From positions 1 to 30,605 of the forward strand of contig NZ_SODD01000031.1 of assembly GCF_004365815.1 (NCBI RefSeq): a DNA stretch of 30,605 bases, in the 5' to 3' direction. Shown piece after piece: positions 7,415-16,610 of the stretch (its first letter is position 1; each line of letters begins with the position of its first letter). Position numbers and translations under genes: made by a program. This DNA comes from Breznakia blatticola. GTDB taxonomy: Bacteria; Bacillota_I; Bacilli_A; Erysipelotrichales; Erysipelotrichaceae. Under the pieces are notes generated by a model that saw only the letters and a program-made list of their open reading frames with translations, was not told the DNA's origin and did no database searches.

Positions 7415-10030
7415 ATGAGAAATATATTAGAAGCAAAATATGATCATAGTAAAATCGAAAGCAAGTATTACGATCATTGGGTGAAAAAAGGATATTTCAC
7501 TGCAGGTGATACAAGTAAGAAACCATATGCAATGGTGATTCCACCACCAAACGTAACAGGTAAGTTACATCTTGGTCATGCATGGGATACAACATTGCAA
7601 GATATTGTTGCTAGATACAAACGTTTGCAAGGTTTTGATGTACTATGGCTTGCTGGAATGGACCATGCAGGAATTGCAACACAAGCAAAAGTTGATGAGC
7701 GTTTAAAAGCACAAGGTGTTTCACGATACGATATTGGTCGTGAGAAATTCTTGGAACATGCATGGAACTGGAAAGAGGAATATGCAAGTCATATTCGTGA
7801 ACAATGGGCAACACTAGGTTTATCGCTTGATTATACTAGAGAACGTTTTACACTTGATTCTGGACTAAATCAAGCAGTTAATAAAATCTTCGTTGATTTA
7901 TACAATGATGGCTTGATTTATCAAGGAGAACGTATTATTAACTGGGATCCTGAAGCAAAAACAGCGTTATCAAATATTGAAGTTATACATAAGGAAATTG
8001 AAGGTGCAATGTACACATTCAATTATAAAGTAGTGGAAACGGGTCAAGAATTACAAGTTGCCACAACACGACCAGAAACAATGTTTGGAGATGTTTGTGT
8101 AGTTGTTCACCCAGATGATGCACGCTACAAAGATGTAGTTGGAATGCATGTAATTAACCCAGCAAATGGACAAGAATTGCCTATTATAACTGATGATTAT
8201 ATTGATGTTGAATTTGGAACTGGGGTTATGAAATGTACACCTGCGCATGATCCAAATGACTTTGTGATTGGACAAAAATATCATTTACCAATGCCAATTT
8301 GTATGCATCCAGATGGAACAATGAATGAATTAGCTGGTAAATATGAAAATATGGACCGTTTTGCTTGCCGTAAAGCACTTGTTGAAGATGCAAAGGCAGC
8401 AGGAACACTTATTAAAATCGAAAAACATATGCACCAAGTTGGTCACTCAGAAAGAACAGATACAATTGTTGAACCATATTTATCTAAACAATGGTTTGTT
8501 AAAATGCGTCCATTAGCAGATGAAGTAATTAAGAATCAAAATATTGAAGATCAAAAAATCAACTTTACACCAAAACGTTTCGAACATACATTTAACCAAT
8601 GGTTAGAAAAAATTGAAGACTGGTGTATTTCACGTCAATTATGGTGGGGACACAGAATCCCAGCTTGGTATCACAAAGACACAGGTGAAATCTATGTTGG
8701 ATTACAAGCACCTGAAGATATTGATAACTGGCAACAAGATGAAGATGTGCTTGATACATGGTTCTCAAGTGCATTATGGCCATTCTCAACACTTGGTTGG
8801 CCTGAAGAAACAGCTGATTTTGAACGCTACTATCCAAATGATACATTAGTTACAGGATATGATATTATCTTCTTCTGGGTTGCTAGAATGGCATTCCAAG
8901 CACGTTATGCGACACACAGTCGTCCATTCAAGGATGTTCTTATTCATGGACTTGTTCGTGATGAACAAGGACGTAAGATGTCTAAATCACTTGGAAATGG
9001 CGTAGATCCAATGGATGTAATTGCAGATCATGGATGTGATGCAATGCGCTTTTTCTTAACAACGAATTCTACACCAGGACAAGACCTTCGTTATATTGAT
9101 GAGAAAGTTGATAGTTCAAGTAACTTCATCAACAAAATATACAATGCTTCAAAATTCGTATTAATGCATATTGCAGATGATTTTGATCACGAACAAATTG
9201 AATTAAGTAAAGCAACAACAATTGATAAATGGATTATTAAACGATTCAATGAAACATTAAAAAATGTTAGTGAGAATATGGACCGTTTTGAATTTGCACT
9301 AGTTGGTAATGAATTGTACTCATTTATTTGGGATGATTTCTGTAACTGGTACATCGAATTAAGTAAAGCAAGTCTTCAAAGTGATGATGAGGGAATTAAA
9401 ACTGCCGCAAAATCAACATTGCTATTGGTATTAGAAGGAATTCTAAAAATGTTATCTCCATTTATGCCATTTGTGACTGAAGAAATCTATCTTGCACTTC
9501 CACATCTTAAAGATTCAATGAATGAAGAAACTTGGCCAACTGCAATTTCTACAGATATTATGGATATTGAAATGGAAGAAGTGAAACGATTAATTTCAAT
9601 TGTAGAAGCAGTGCGTGAAGTAAAAGCAACGTATAAATTAAAACCAAGCGCACCAGTTGATATTCTTGTTAAAGATACAAATGAACAAGTTGAAGATACA
9701 AATGTATTCATTAATGCATTCCTTCAACAAATGTGTAAAGCAACTTGGGTTTCAAGTGTTGGTGACGAGGAAATGGTTGTACGTCCTGTATATCAAGGGT
9801 CAATCTCGATTCCTTTAGCTTCATTAATTGATATTGAAGAAGAAAAGAAAAAACTTGAACAGGATAAGAAAAAGCTAGAAGGAGAAATTAAACGTGCAGA
9901 GGGGATGTTAGCAAATCCAAACTTCACAAATAAGGCTCCAGAAGCAAAAGTAAATGCAGAAAAAGAAAAACTAGAAAACTATAAAAACCAATATGAAATC
10001 GTTATAAAACGACTAGCAGAATTGGCATAA
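7415..10030 (+). CDS. valS: Valyl-tRNA synthetase
   Basis: HIGH-type motif PPPNVTGKLHLGH, KMSKS motif, C-terminal coiled coil. I prefer the ATG at 7415 (GAGGAG RBS 6 nt upstream) over the in-frame ATG at 7409, which is too close to the RBS. Confidence 0.95.
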   Translation: MRNILEAKYDHSKIESKYYDHWVKKGYFTAGDTSKKPYAMVIPPPNVTGKLHLGHAWDTTLQDIVARYKRLQGFDVLWLAGMDHAGIATQAKVDERLKAQGVSRYDIGREKFLEHAWNWKEEYASHIREQWATLGLSLDYTRERFTLDSGLNQAVNKIFVDLYNDGLIYQGERIINWDPEAKTALSNIEVIHKEIEGAMYTFNYKVVETGQELQVATTRPETMFGDVCVVVHPDDARYKDVVGMHVINPANGQELPIITDDYIDVEFGTGVMKCTPAHDPNDFVIGQKYHLPMPICMHPDGTMNELAGKYENMDRFACRKALVEDAKAAGTLIKIEKHMHQVGHSERTDTIVEPYLSKQWFVKMRPLADEVIKNQNIEDQKINFTPKRFEHTFNQWLEKIEDWCISRQLWWGHRIPAWYHKDTGEIYVGLQAPEDIDNWQQDEDVLDTWFSSALWPFSTLGWPEETADFERYYPNDTLVTGYDIIFFWVARMAFQARYATHSRPFKDVLIHGLVRDEQGRKMSKSLGNGVDPMDVIADHGCDAMRFFLTTNSTPGQDLRYIDEKVDSSSNFINKIYNASKFVLMHIADDFDHEQIELSKATTIDKWIIKRFNETLKNVSENMDRFEFALVGNELYSFIWDDFCNWYIELSKASLQSDDEGIKTAAKSTLLLVLEGILKMLSPFMPFVTEEIYLALPHLKDSMNEETWPTAISTDIMDIEMEEVKRLISIVEAVREVKATYKLKPSAPVDILVKDTNEQVEDTNVFINAFLQQMCKATWVSSVGDEEMVVRPVYQGSISIPLASLIDIEEEKKKLEQDKKKLEGEIKRAEGMLANPNFTNKAPEAKVNAEKEKLENYKNQYEIVIKRLAELA

Positions 10031-10038
10031 GTAAATTA

Positions 10039-10096
10039 GAGGAACATTTCCTAAAATGTTGTTTATATACAACAAAGGAATACTTCCTCTTTTTTT
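10039..10096 (+). terminator. Rho-independent terminator after valS (long imperfect hairpin)
   Basis: GAGGAA (10039-10044) pairs with TTCCTC (10084-10089). Inner stems are TTCCT/AGGAA and TGTTGT/ACAACA. A T7 run follows at 10090-10096. Confidence 0.7.
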
Positions 10097-10183
10097 CTTA
10101 TTTGTATGGACCAAAATTTCCAAATATCTACCATTTACAACCAGCAGACATGTCTAAGAGTAGCATTACGTTAGGACTTTCGA

Positions 10184-10189
10184 TATAAT
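10184..10189 (+). promoter_or_regulatory. Probable -10 box of the ppdK promoter (-35 weak or unclear)
   Basis: TATAAT at 10184-10189. The best -35 at 17-nt spacing is only TAGCAT. An alternative upstream pair is TTGTAT (10103-10108) with TATCTA. Confidence 0.4.
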
Positions 10190-10197
10190 AATACTTG

Positions 10198-10211
10198 TGA
10201 AAGCGATTACA
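10198..10211. promoter_or_regulatory. cre (catabolite-responsive element, CcpA operator) just downstream of the ppdK -10
   Basis: TGAAAGCGATTACA fits the consensus TGWAANCGNTNWCA at all constrained positions. It starts 9 nt after the TATAAT. Confidence 0.65.
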
Positions 10212-10238
10212 CAGTTATAGAGAGAAGGAGGTCCTATT

Positions 10239-12872
10239 ATGGGGGATAAATTTGTTTATTCATTTCATGAGGGAAATGAGACGATGCGTAACTTACTTGG
10301 TGGTAAGGGAGCAAACTTAGCAGAAATGATCAATTTAGGAATGCCAGTTCCTGATGGTTTTACGGTTACAACAGAAGCTTGTAACAAGTATTACGATGAT
10401 GGTGAAACAATTGATAAGAAAATCATCGATGAGATTTTTACACATTTAACTGCGTTAGAAAAGAGTTCAGGTAAGGTGTTTGGTGATCCAAATAATCCAT
10501 TACTTGTTTCTGTACGTAGTGGTTCACGTGCAAGTATGCCAGGGATGATGGATACGATTCTAAATTTAGGACTCAATGATGAAGTGGTTGAAGGTCTTGC
10601 AAAACTAACGAATAATCCAAGATTTGCATATGATTCATACCGACGCTTTATTCAAATGTTCGCTGATGTAGTTATGGGATTATCAAAATCTAAATTCGAA
10701 ACAGTAATTGATGATATCAAAGCGGAACGAAAAGTAGAATTGGATACTGAATTAACTACAGATGATTTAAAAGAAATGGTACGACGATTTAAATCGTTCT
10801 ACCATGCAGAGTTAAAATCGGATTTCCCATTAGATCCAAGAGAGCAACTAGCTCTTGCAATCGAAGCAGTATTTAAATCTTGGAACAATCCAAGAGCAAT
10901 TTACTATCGTAAAATGAATGATATTCCTTCAAGTTGGGGAACTGCAGTAAACGTTCAAATGATGGTATTTGGTAATATGGGTGAAACATCTGGAACAGGT
11001 GTTGCCTTTACAAGAAGTCCAAGTACTGGAGATAATCAATTATTTGGTGAATTCTTAATGAATGCACAAGGTGAAGATGTTGTTGCTGGTATCCGTACAC
11101 CTAACCATATTAGTGAATTGCAAAAAGTAATGCCAGAAGTATATGATGAATTTGTAGCGATTTCTAAACGCTTAGAAGAGCACTATCATGATATGCAAGA
11201 TATGGAATTTACAATTGAAAATAAAAAATTGTATATGCTACAAACCCGTAATGGAAAACGTACGGCTAAAGCAGCGCTTAAAATTGCATGTGATTTAGTA
11301 AGTGAAGGACTTCTAAGTAAAAAGGAAGCAATCTTAATGGTAAATCCAAATCAATTAGATGCATTGTTGCACCCACAATTTGATCAAGATGATATCAAAG
11401 GTGAAACACCAATTGCAACTGGTCTTCCAGCAAGTCCTGGAGCAGCTACTGGACAAGTTGTGTTTAATGCAGAGGATGCTGCTAATTATGCACAAAAGGG
11501 TCACAGAGTGATTCTTGTACGTCTAGAAACGTCTCCTGAAGATATCGAAGGTATGAACTCATCAAAAGGTATCTTAACTGTACGTGGTGGTATGACAAGT
11601 CACGCAGCAGTTGTTGCACGTGGTATGGGAATCTGCTGTGTATCAGGTGTTGGAGATATCAAAATTAATGAAGAAAACAAAACATTTACCGTAGGCGGAA
11701 AAACATATAAAGAATATGACTACATCTCTCTAGATGGTTCAACTGGTAATGTATACGGTAGAGAATTAAAAACTGTACCAGCTGCAATTGAAGATGACTT
11801 TGAAACATTCATGAATTGGGCTGATGAATTCAGAACATTAAAAGTTCGTACAAATGCAGATACGCCACGTGATGCTAAACAAGCATTAGCATTTGGTGCA
11901 GAAGGTATTGGTCTTGTGCGTACTGAACATATGTTCTTTGAAGGAGAACGTATTAAAGCAATTCGTGAGATGATTGTTTCAAAAACAAGTGAGCAACGTT
12001 CACGTGCACTTGCTAAATTGTTGCCAATGCAAAAAGGTGACTTTGAAGCGATTTATGAAACTATGCAAGGTAGACCGGTAACGATTCGTTATTTAGACCC
12101 ACCACTTCATGAATTCTTACCAACATCTTCATACGATATTACACAACTTGCATTAGATATGGGAATGGAAGTTGATGAATTAAAAGGAATCATTCAAGGA
12201 TTACATGAATTTAACCCGATGATGGGACACCGTGGTGTGCGTTTGGATATTTCATATCCAGAAATTGCAGAAATGCAAACACGCGCAGTTATTGAAGCTG
12301 CAATCGCTGTTAATAAACGCAATGCAGATTTCAATGTAGTTCCTGAAATTATGATTCCACTAGTAGGTGATGTTGCCGAGTTACGCTATGTAAAAGCAGT
12401 TGTGAAAAAAGTTGCAGATGAAATTATCGAGACATCAGGTGAAAAACTTGATTATATGGTAGGAACAATGATTGAGATTCCTCGTGCTGCATTAACAGCT
12501 GATGAAATTGCCGAAGAAGCGGAATTCTTCTCATTTGGAACAAATGACTTAACACAAATGACATTTGGTTTCTCAAGAGATGATGCAGGTGGTTTCTTAA
12601 GTGATTACTATGACAAACACATTTATGAACAAGACCCATTCCAACGCTTGGATCAAAAAGGAGTTGGAAAACTTGTGAAAAATGCAGTTGATCTTGGTAA
12701 GAAAACGAGACCAAACATTAAACTTGGTATTTGTGGGGAACACGGAGGAGATCCTTCAAGTGTTGAATTCTTCCACAATGTAGGATTTCAATATGTATCA
12801 TGTAGTCCGTTTAGAGTTCCAATTGCACGTCTAGCTGCAGCACAAGCTGCCATCCGTGCAGAATCAAAATAG
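10239..12872 (+). CDS. ppdK: Pyruvate, phosphate dikinase
   Basis: Phosphohistidine motif GGMTSHAAVVARG, C-terminal TIM-barrel motifs FFSFGTNDLTQ and CGEHGGDP. 877 aa. RBS GAAGGAGG. Confidence 0.96.
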   Translation: MGDKFVYSFHEGNETMRNLLGGKGANLAEMINLGMPVPDGFTVTTEACNKYYDDGETIDKKIIDEIFTHLTALEKSSGKVFGDPNNPLLVSVRSGSRASMPGMMDTILNLGLNDEVVEGLAKLTNNPRFAYDSYRRFIQMFADVVMGLSKSKFETVIDDIKAERKVELDTELTTDDLKEMVRRFKSFYHAELKSDFPLDPREQLALAIEAVFKSWNNPRAIYYRKMNDIPSSWGTAVNVQMMVFGNMGETSGTGVAFTRSPSTGDNQLFGEFLMNAQGEDVVAGIRTPNHISELQKVMPEVYDEFVAISKRLEEHYHDMQDMEFTIENKKLYMLQTRNGKRTAKAALKIACDLVSEGLLSKKEAILMVNPNQLDALLHPQFDQDDIKGETPIATGLPASPGAATGQVVFNAEDAANYAQKGHRVILVRLETSPEDIEGMNSSKGILTVRGGMTSHAAVVARGMGICCVSGVGDIKINEENKTFTVGGKTYKEYDYISLDGSTGNVYGRELKTVPAAIEDDFETFMNWADEFRTLKVRTNADTPRDAKQALAFGAEGIGLVRTEHMFFEGERIKAIREMIVSKTSEQRSRALAKLLPMQKGDFEAIYETMQGRPVTIRYLDPPLHEFLPTSSYDITQLALDMGMEVDELKGIIQGLHEFNPMMGHRGVRLDISYPEIAEMQTRAVIEAAIAVNKRNADFNVVPEIMIPLVGDVAELRYVKAVVKKVADEIIETSGEKLDYMVGTMIEIPRAALTADEIAEEAEFFSFGTNDLTQMTFGFSRDDAGGFLSDYYDKHIYEQDPFQRLDQKGVGKLVKNAVDLGKKTRPNIKLGICGEHGGDPSSVEFFHNVGFQYVSCSPFRVPIARLAAAQAAIRAESK

Positions 12873-12881
12873 GATAAATGA

Positions 12882-12915
12882 AAAGGGTATCGACTGGTTC
12901 GATGCCCTTTGTTTT
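12882..12915. terminator. Bidirectional terminator between convergent ppdK and the DUF853 ATPase gene
   Basis: AAAGGGTATCGA (12882-12893) / TCGATGCCCTTT (12899-12910), loop CTGGT. A-run upstream and TTTGTTTT downstream. Confidence 0.75.
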
Positions 12916-12927
12916 AGGTAATTAGAT

Positions 12928-14475
12928 TTATTTTTTGCGTGTACCAAAGATACCACGAATAATGCTGTTTCCAACGTTTCGACCAATAGAACTAAGTGCA
13001 TTACCAACAAATCGATCAATTTGCTTATTTCTTCGATCGGTTTTCTTTTGTTCGGCTTTCTCTTGTCGAGCTTGCTCTTTTTGTTGCAGTTTAGTAAGTT
13101 CTTTAGCTTGTTTCTCATCAAGTTTTGCTTGTTCTTTAGCTTGTTTTTCTGCTTCCTTGTTTGCAATTTCTTGCGCTTCTAATTCTGCTGTTTTTTCTTG
13201 TAGCTCTTCATATGCAGATTTGCTATCCACACGCATGCGATATTTTGCTTCTACTGGGTTGTTGCGAATACAATTTTCGATGGTTGTATCATCGGCAGCT
13301 CCCATATAACTTCTTGGTGGAAGGATTGTTGCGCGTTCTACCATTGTAGGGACTCCTTTTGCATCAAGAAATGAAACCAATGCTTCACCAGTACCAAGTT
13401 CTTGTAAAACTTGTTCCGTATCAAAGGCAGGATTGATGCGAAATGATTCGGCAGTTGCTTTGATAGATTTTTGCTCAGCTGGTGTATATGCACGTAGAGC
13501 ATGTTGAATTTTATTACCAAGTTGACTTAGTACACGATTTGGAATATCGGTTGGTTGCTGTGTAATGAAATATACACCAACACCTTTAGAACGAATCAAT
13601 TTAACAACTTGTTCGACCTTATCCAATAAAGCCTTAGGTGCATCATTGAATAATAAGTGTGCTTCATCAAAGAAGAATACCATCTTTGGTTTTTCTAAAT
13701 CTCCAGCTTCCGGTAATGTTTCATAAATTTCTGATAATAACCATAATAAGAATGTAGAATACAAGACTGGATTTTGTGCTAACTTCACGGCATGTAAAAT
13801 ATTAATAATTCCTTGTCCACTACTTGGATCGCAAACTAGCCAATCTTTGATATCAAGTTCTGGTTCACCGATAAATGTGTTTCCATCACTTGCTTCTAAA
13901 GCAACAAGAGAACGTATAATTGCACCGATTGTTGCTGAAGCGATATTTCCGTATTCTTTTTGCAGATTTTCTCTTTGTGCATCCACAAACTGTAACATCG
14001 CCTTAACATCCTTGATATCAAATAATAATAGTTGTTGTTCATCTGCAATTTTGAATACAATTTTTAGAACGGAAGATTGAATATCATTCAATTCTAAGAT
14101 GCGTGCAAGTAAATCAGGTCCTAAATCAGAAATCGTCGTACGAACGGGAGTACCTTTTTCTCCGTAAATATCGTAGAATCGTGTTGGATACCCACTAAAA
14201 CTCCAGTCTTGAATGTATAATGATGCAATGCGCTCATCGACATTTTTATTACTGACTCCTGGTGATGCAAGACCGGACACATCCCCTTTAATATCAGCTA
14301 AAAATACAGGAACTCCTGCATCACTGAATGCTTCGGTAAGAACTTTTAGAGTTACGGTTTTTCCAGTTCCTGTTGCTCCTGCGATAAGTCCATGACGGTT
14401 TGCCATACTTGGTAACATGTAAATAGGGGAATCCGTACTTGCTATCCAAATTTTCTTTTGATCTTTTATATACAT
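12928..14475 (-). CDS. HerA-like / DUF853 (YjgR-type) P-loop ATPase with a lysine/glutamate-rich C-terminal tail; function unknown
   Basis: Walker A GATGTGKT, Walker B-like MVFFFDEAH. I use the start at 14475 (MYIKDQKK) with RBS AGGAAAGGA. The ORF-track start at 14520 lacks an RBS. The C-terminal ~100 aa are a KQAKE-type charged coil ending in a basic tail. Confidence 0.8.
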   Translation of the reverse strand: MYIKDQKKIWIASTDSPIYMLPSMANRHGLIAGATGTGKTVTLKVLTEAFSDAGVPVFLADIKGDVSGLASPGVSNKNVDERIASLYIQDWSFSGYPTRFYDIYGEKGTPVRTTISDLGPDLLARILELNDIQSSVLKIVFKIADEQQLLLFDIKDVKAMLQFVDAQRENLQKEYGNIASATIGAIIRSLVALEASDGNTFIGEPELDIKDWLVCDPSSGQGIINILHAVKLAQNPVLYSTFLLWLLSEIYETLPEAGDLEKPKMVFFFDEAHLLFNDAPKALLDKVEQVVKLIRSKGVGVYFITQQPTDIPNRVLSQLGNKIQHALRAYTPAEQKSIKATAESFRINPAFDTEQVLQELGTGEALVSFLDAKGVPTMVERATILPPRSYMGAADDTTIENCIRNNPVEAKYRMRVDSKSAYEELQEKTAELEAQEIANKEAEKQAKEQAKLDEKQAKELTKLQQKEQARQEKAEQKKTDRRNKQIDRFVGNALSSIGRNVGNSIIRGIFGTRKK

Positions 14476-14616
14476 AAATGAATCCTTTCCTGTTTTATAA
14501 GTACAATTGTATTTTATCAATCATTACTGGGTTTGTACACACAGATACCCATCTTGTTAGTGACTAGGAAATGAAATGAAATCATAGTATAATGGGTAAA
14601 TGATTAAGGAGCGCTT

Positions 14617-15828
14617 ATGGGTGTATTAGCAAAATTATTTATTAAAGATTATAAGAACTTCAAAGATGGAAAAGTACGTTCTGCATATGGACGACTTGCA
14701 AGTATCTATGGCATATTTTGGAATATGATTTTATTTACAAGTAAACTTACCATTGGATTACTTTTTCATAGTGTGTCAATACAAGCAGATGCGTTTAATA
14801 ACTTAAGTGATGCAGGTAGTTCAATTCTGTCGCTTATTAGCTTTATCTTTGCTGCTCAGCCAGCAGATAAAGAACATCCTTTTGGTCACGAACGTTTAGA
14901 ATATATATTTTCTATGATTATTGCATTTATCATTTTGTTTTTTGGGATGCAACTTGTATTTTCATCAGTTACAGATATTATTCATCCAAAAAATGTTGTT
15001 GTAACGATACCGATGGTTGTTGTACTAATTATATCTATAGTTGTAAAAATCTATATGTATGCTTATAACCATGCATATGGAAAGCGCATTGGCTCGACTG
15101 TGATGCAAGCAACTGCAGTGGATAGCTTTAGTGATGTGTTAGGAACAAGTGTTGTCTTAATAGGACTGCTTATCTCGCATGTCTTTGCGATACAGTTGGA
15201 TGGATTTTTAGGAGTTATCGTCGCTTTATTTGTCTTAAAAGCTGGATGGGGAATTGTAAGTGAAACCTTCACAAAATTAATTGGGGAAGCTCCAAGTGTT
15301 GATTTCACAAAAAAAGTTGCCGCAAAAATATTATCGTATCCTGGCGTGCTAGGTGTACATGAGATGATTGTACATAGTTATGGACCTGATCAAACTTTTG
15401 TGACTATCCATGTTGAAATTAGTAGTAAAGAAGATATGATGGAAGCACATTCTACAATCGATGATATTGAAAACGACTTTCTTGTACAAGACAATATTCA
15501 TCTTGTTATTCACATGGATCCAATTGATATTGATGATCCTTATACAAATCAAATGCGTAAAGAGATGGAGCAAGTTATGCATGACATCGACCCTCGTTTT
15601 TCCTTACATGATTTTCGAGTGGTCAAAACTAAGACACATAATAATTTTATATTTGATGTTGAAGTTCCAATTGATTGTAAAATGAAGCGTCAAGATATCA
15701 TAGACGTAATAGAATCAAAAATACCACAAGGAGAAGTTCCAAATTATGGAGTGATAAATGTGGATCGTGCATATGCACCAATGAAAGACTACGAAGTAGA
15801 AGCAGATGAAGATATAAAGAAAAAGTAG
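14617..15828 (+). CDS. Cation diffusion facilitator (CDF) family divalent-metal efflux transporter
   Basis: Six predicted TM segments. Metal-site motifs SIQADAFNNLSD (TM2) and DSFSDVLGT (TM5). C-terminal cytoplasmic domain. RBS AAGGAG. Confidence 0.85.
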   Translation: MGVLAKLFIKDYKNFKDGKVRSAYGRLASIYGIFWNMILFTSKLTIGLLFHSVSIQADAFNNLSDAGSSILSLISFIFAAQPADKEHPFGHERLEYIFSMIIAFIILFFGMQLVFSSVTDIIHPKNVVVTIPMVVVLIISIVVKIYMYAYNHAYGKRIGSTVMQATAVDSFSDVLGTSVVLIGLLISHVFAIQLDGFLGVIVALFVLKAGWGIVSETFTKLIGEAPSVDFTKKVAAKILSYPGVLGVHEMIVHSYGPDQTFVTIHVEISSKEDMMEAHSTIDDIENDFLVQDNIHLVIHMDPIDIDDPYTNQMRKEMEQVMHDIDPRFSLHDFRVVKTKTHNNFIFDVEVPIDCKMKRQDIIDVIESKIPQGEVPNYGVINVDRAYAPMKDYEVEADEDIKKK

Positions 15829-15848
15829 GGTCAAACGATCCTACTTTT
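15821..15848. terminator. Bidirectional terminator shared by the convergent CDF and pgeF genes
   Basis: AAAAGTAGG (15821-15829) / CCTACTTTT (15840-15848). Both stop codons (TAG 15826-15828 on plus, CTA 15841-15843 on minus) lie inside the stem. Confidence 0.65.
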
Positions 15849-16599
15849 GTAATATAAAGGTTAAATTGCGTCCAGTATCCTTATTTCTACGATACGAGAA
15901 GAAATTTTCATTATCTTCAAATGTATCTTCATGTTGAATAATAATGTTTGTATCGGGGATACCAGCATCTCGCAACATTTGATAATTTAAACCACGTACA
16001 TCTAAATAGTATTTATCATTACCTTTTGGCATGTAATAAGTAGATGTATCAAAATCAAGTTTAAGTACTTCATCAATAACATCTTGTCCAACTTCAAAGC
16101 TTGTAAAATCAATTGATGGTCCAATAATTACACGTAATGCACTTGCTTCACAGTTTTCTTCGTATAAAAGCGTATGTAACATTTTTTTTGTAATACCTGC
16201 AACAGTACCTTTCCAACCAGCATGAATAGCCGCAATGATGTGTTGGTCTTGATCATGAATCAAAATAGGAACACAATCTGCGGTAAAGACACCAATTAAA
16301 ACATTATGCAAATCCGTATACAACGCATCGCAATCTGCAATTGCATCTTTTGTACTGTAGGCACCAGCACCAATATCTTCTTTTGTGACTTTATGAATGT
16401 TTGTACTGTGTGTTTGATTTGCAAATGTACATTTTTCTAATTCAAAATCGATTTCCTTCATAAAGTCTTTACGGTTTTGAATTACTTCATCTGTAGCATC
16501 TGTTGTATGTATGGCAAGGTTATTGTCTTGCGGTTTACTCGAATCTTTTAGGGTAGTTCCAGCGTATACTTCGCTGACCTGTGAATAATTAATATGCAT
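15841..16599 (-). CDS. pgeF: YfiH/PgeF (DUF152, laccase-domain) family protein
   Basis: Conserved residues in FTADCVPILIHD and HAGWKGT. I use the start at 16599 (MHINYSQ) with an AAGGAG RBS that overlaps the stop of the upstream hydrolase gene. The ORF-track start at 16641 has no RBS. Confidence 0.85.
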   Translation of the reverse strand: MHINYSQVSEVYAGTTLKDSSKPQDNNLAIHTTDATDEVIQNRKDFMKEIDFELEKCTFANQTHSTNIHKVTKEDIGAGAYSTKDAIADCDALYTDLHNVLIGVFTADCVPILIHDQDQHIIAAIHAGWKGTVAGITKKMLHTLLYEENCEASALRVIIGPSIDFTSFEVGQDVIDEVLKLDFDTSTYYMPKGNDKYYLDVRGLNYQMLRDAGIPDTNIIIQHEDTFEDNENFFSYRRNKDTGRNLTFILQK

Positions 16600-16610
16600 G
16601 ATATACTCCT

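Noticed and set aside
10105-10173. Mini-ORFs in intergenic regions: a 22-codon ORF at 10105-10173; MKEM at about 25100; a 13-codon hydrophobic ORF at about 17588-17629; and ATGAAATAA at 30535-30543.
   Set aside because: None has a Shine-Dalgarno or other support, and short ORFs of this size are expected by chance in AT-rich spacers.
12894-12907. The tRNA-like string CTGGTTCGATGCCC, which resembles a T-arm GGTTCGA motif.
   Set aside because: It is the loop and 3' arm of the ppdK/DUF853 terminator hairpin. No acceptor, D or anticodon arms can be built around it.
12864-14395. ORFs overlapping the DUF853 ATPase gene, either antisense or on the same strand in another frame: 12864-13166(-), 12935-13309(+), 13161-13349(+), 13338-13520(-), 13847-14080(+) and 14213-14395(+).
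   Set aside because: They arise from the repetitive K/E/Q-coding 3' region and its reverse complement. The 12864 ORF would also run through the bidirectional terminator. None has an RBS or a recognisable motif.
14566-14581. Short tandem pentamer GAAAT x3 (GGAAATGAAATGAAATC) upstream of the CDF transporter gene.
   Set aside because: It has only three short copies in AT-rich spacer, and I recognise no matching metalloregulator operator. It may overlap the promoter but cannot be supported as a binding site.
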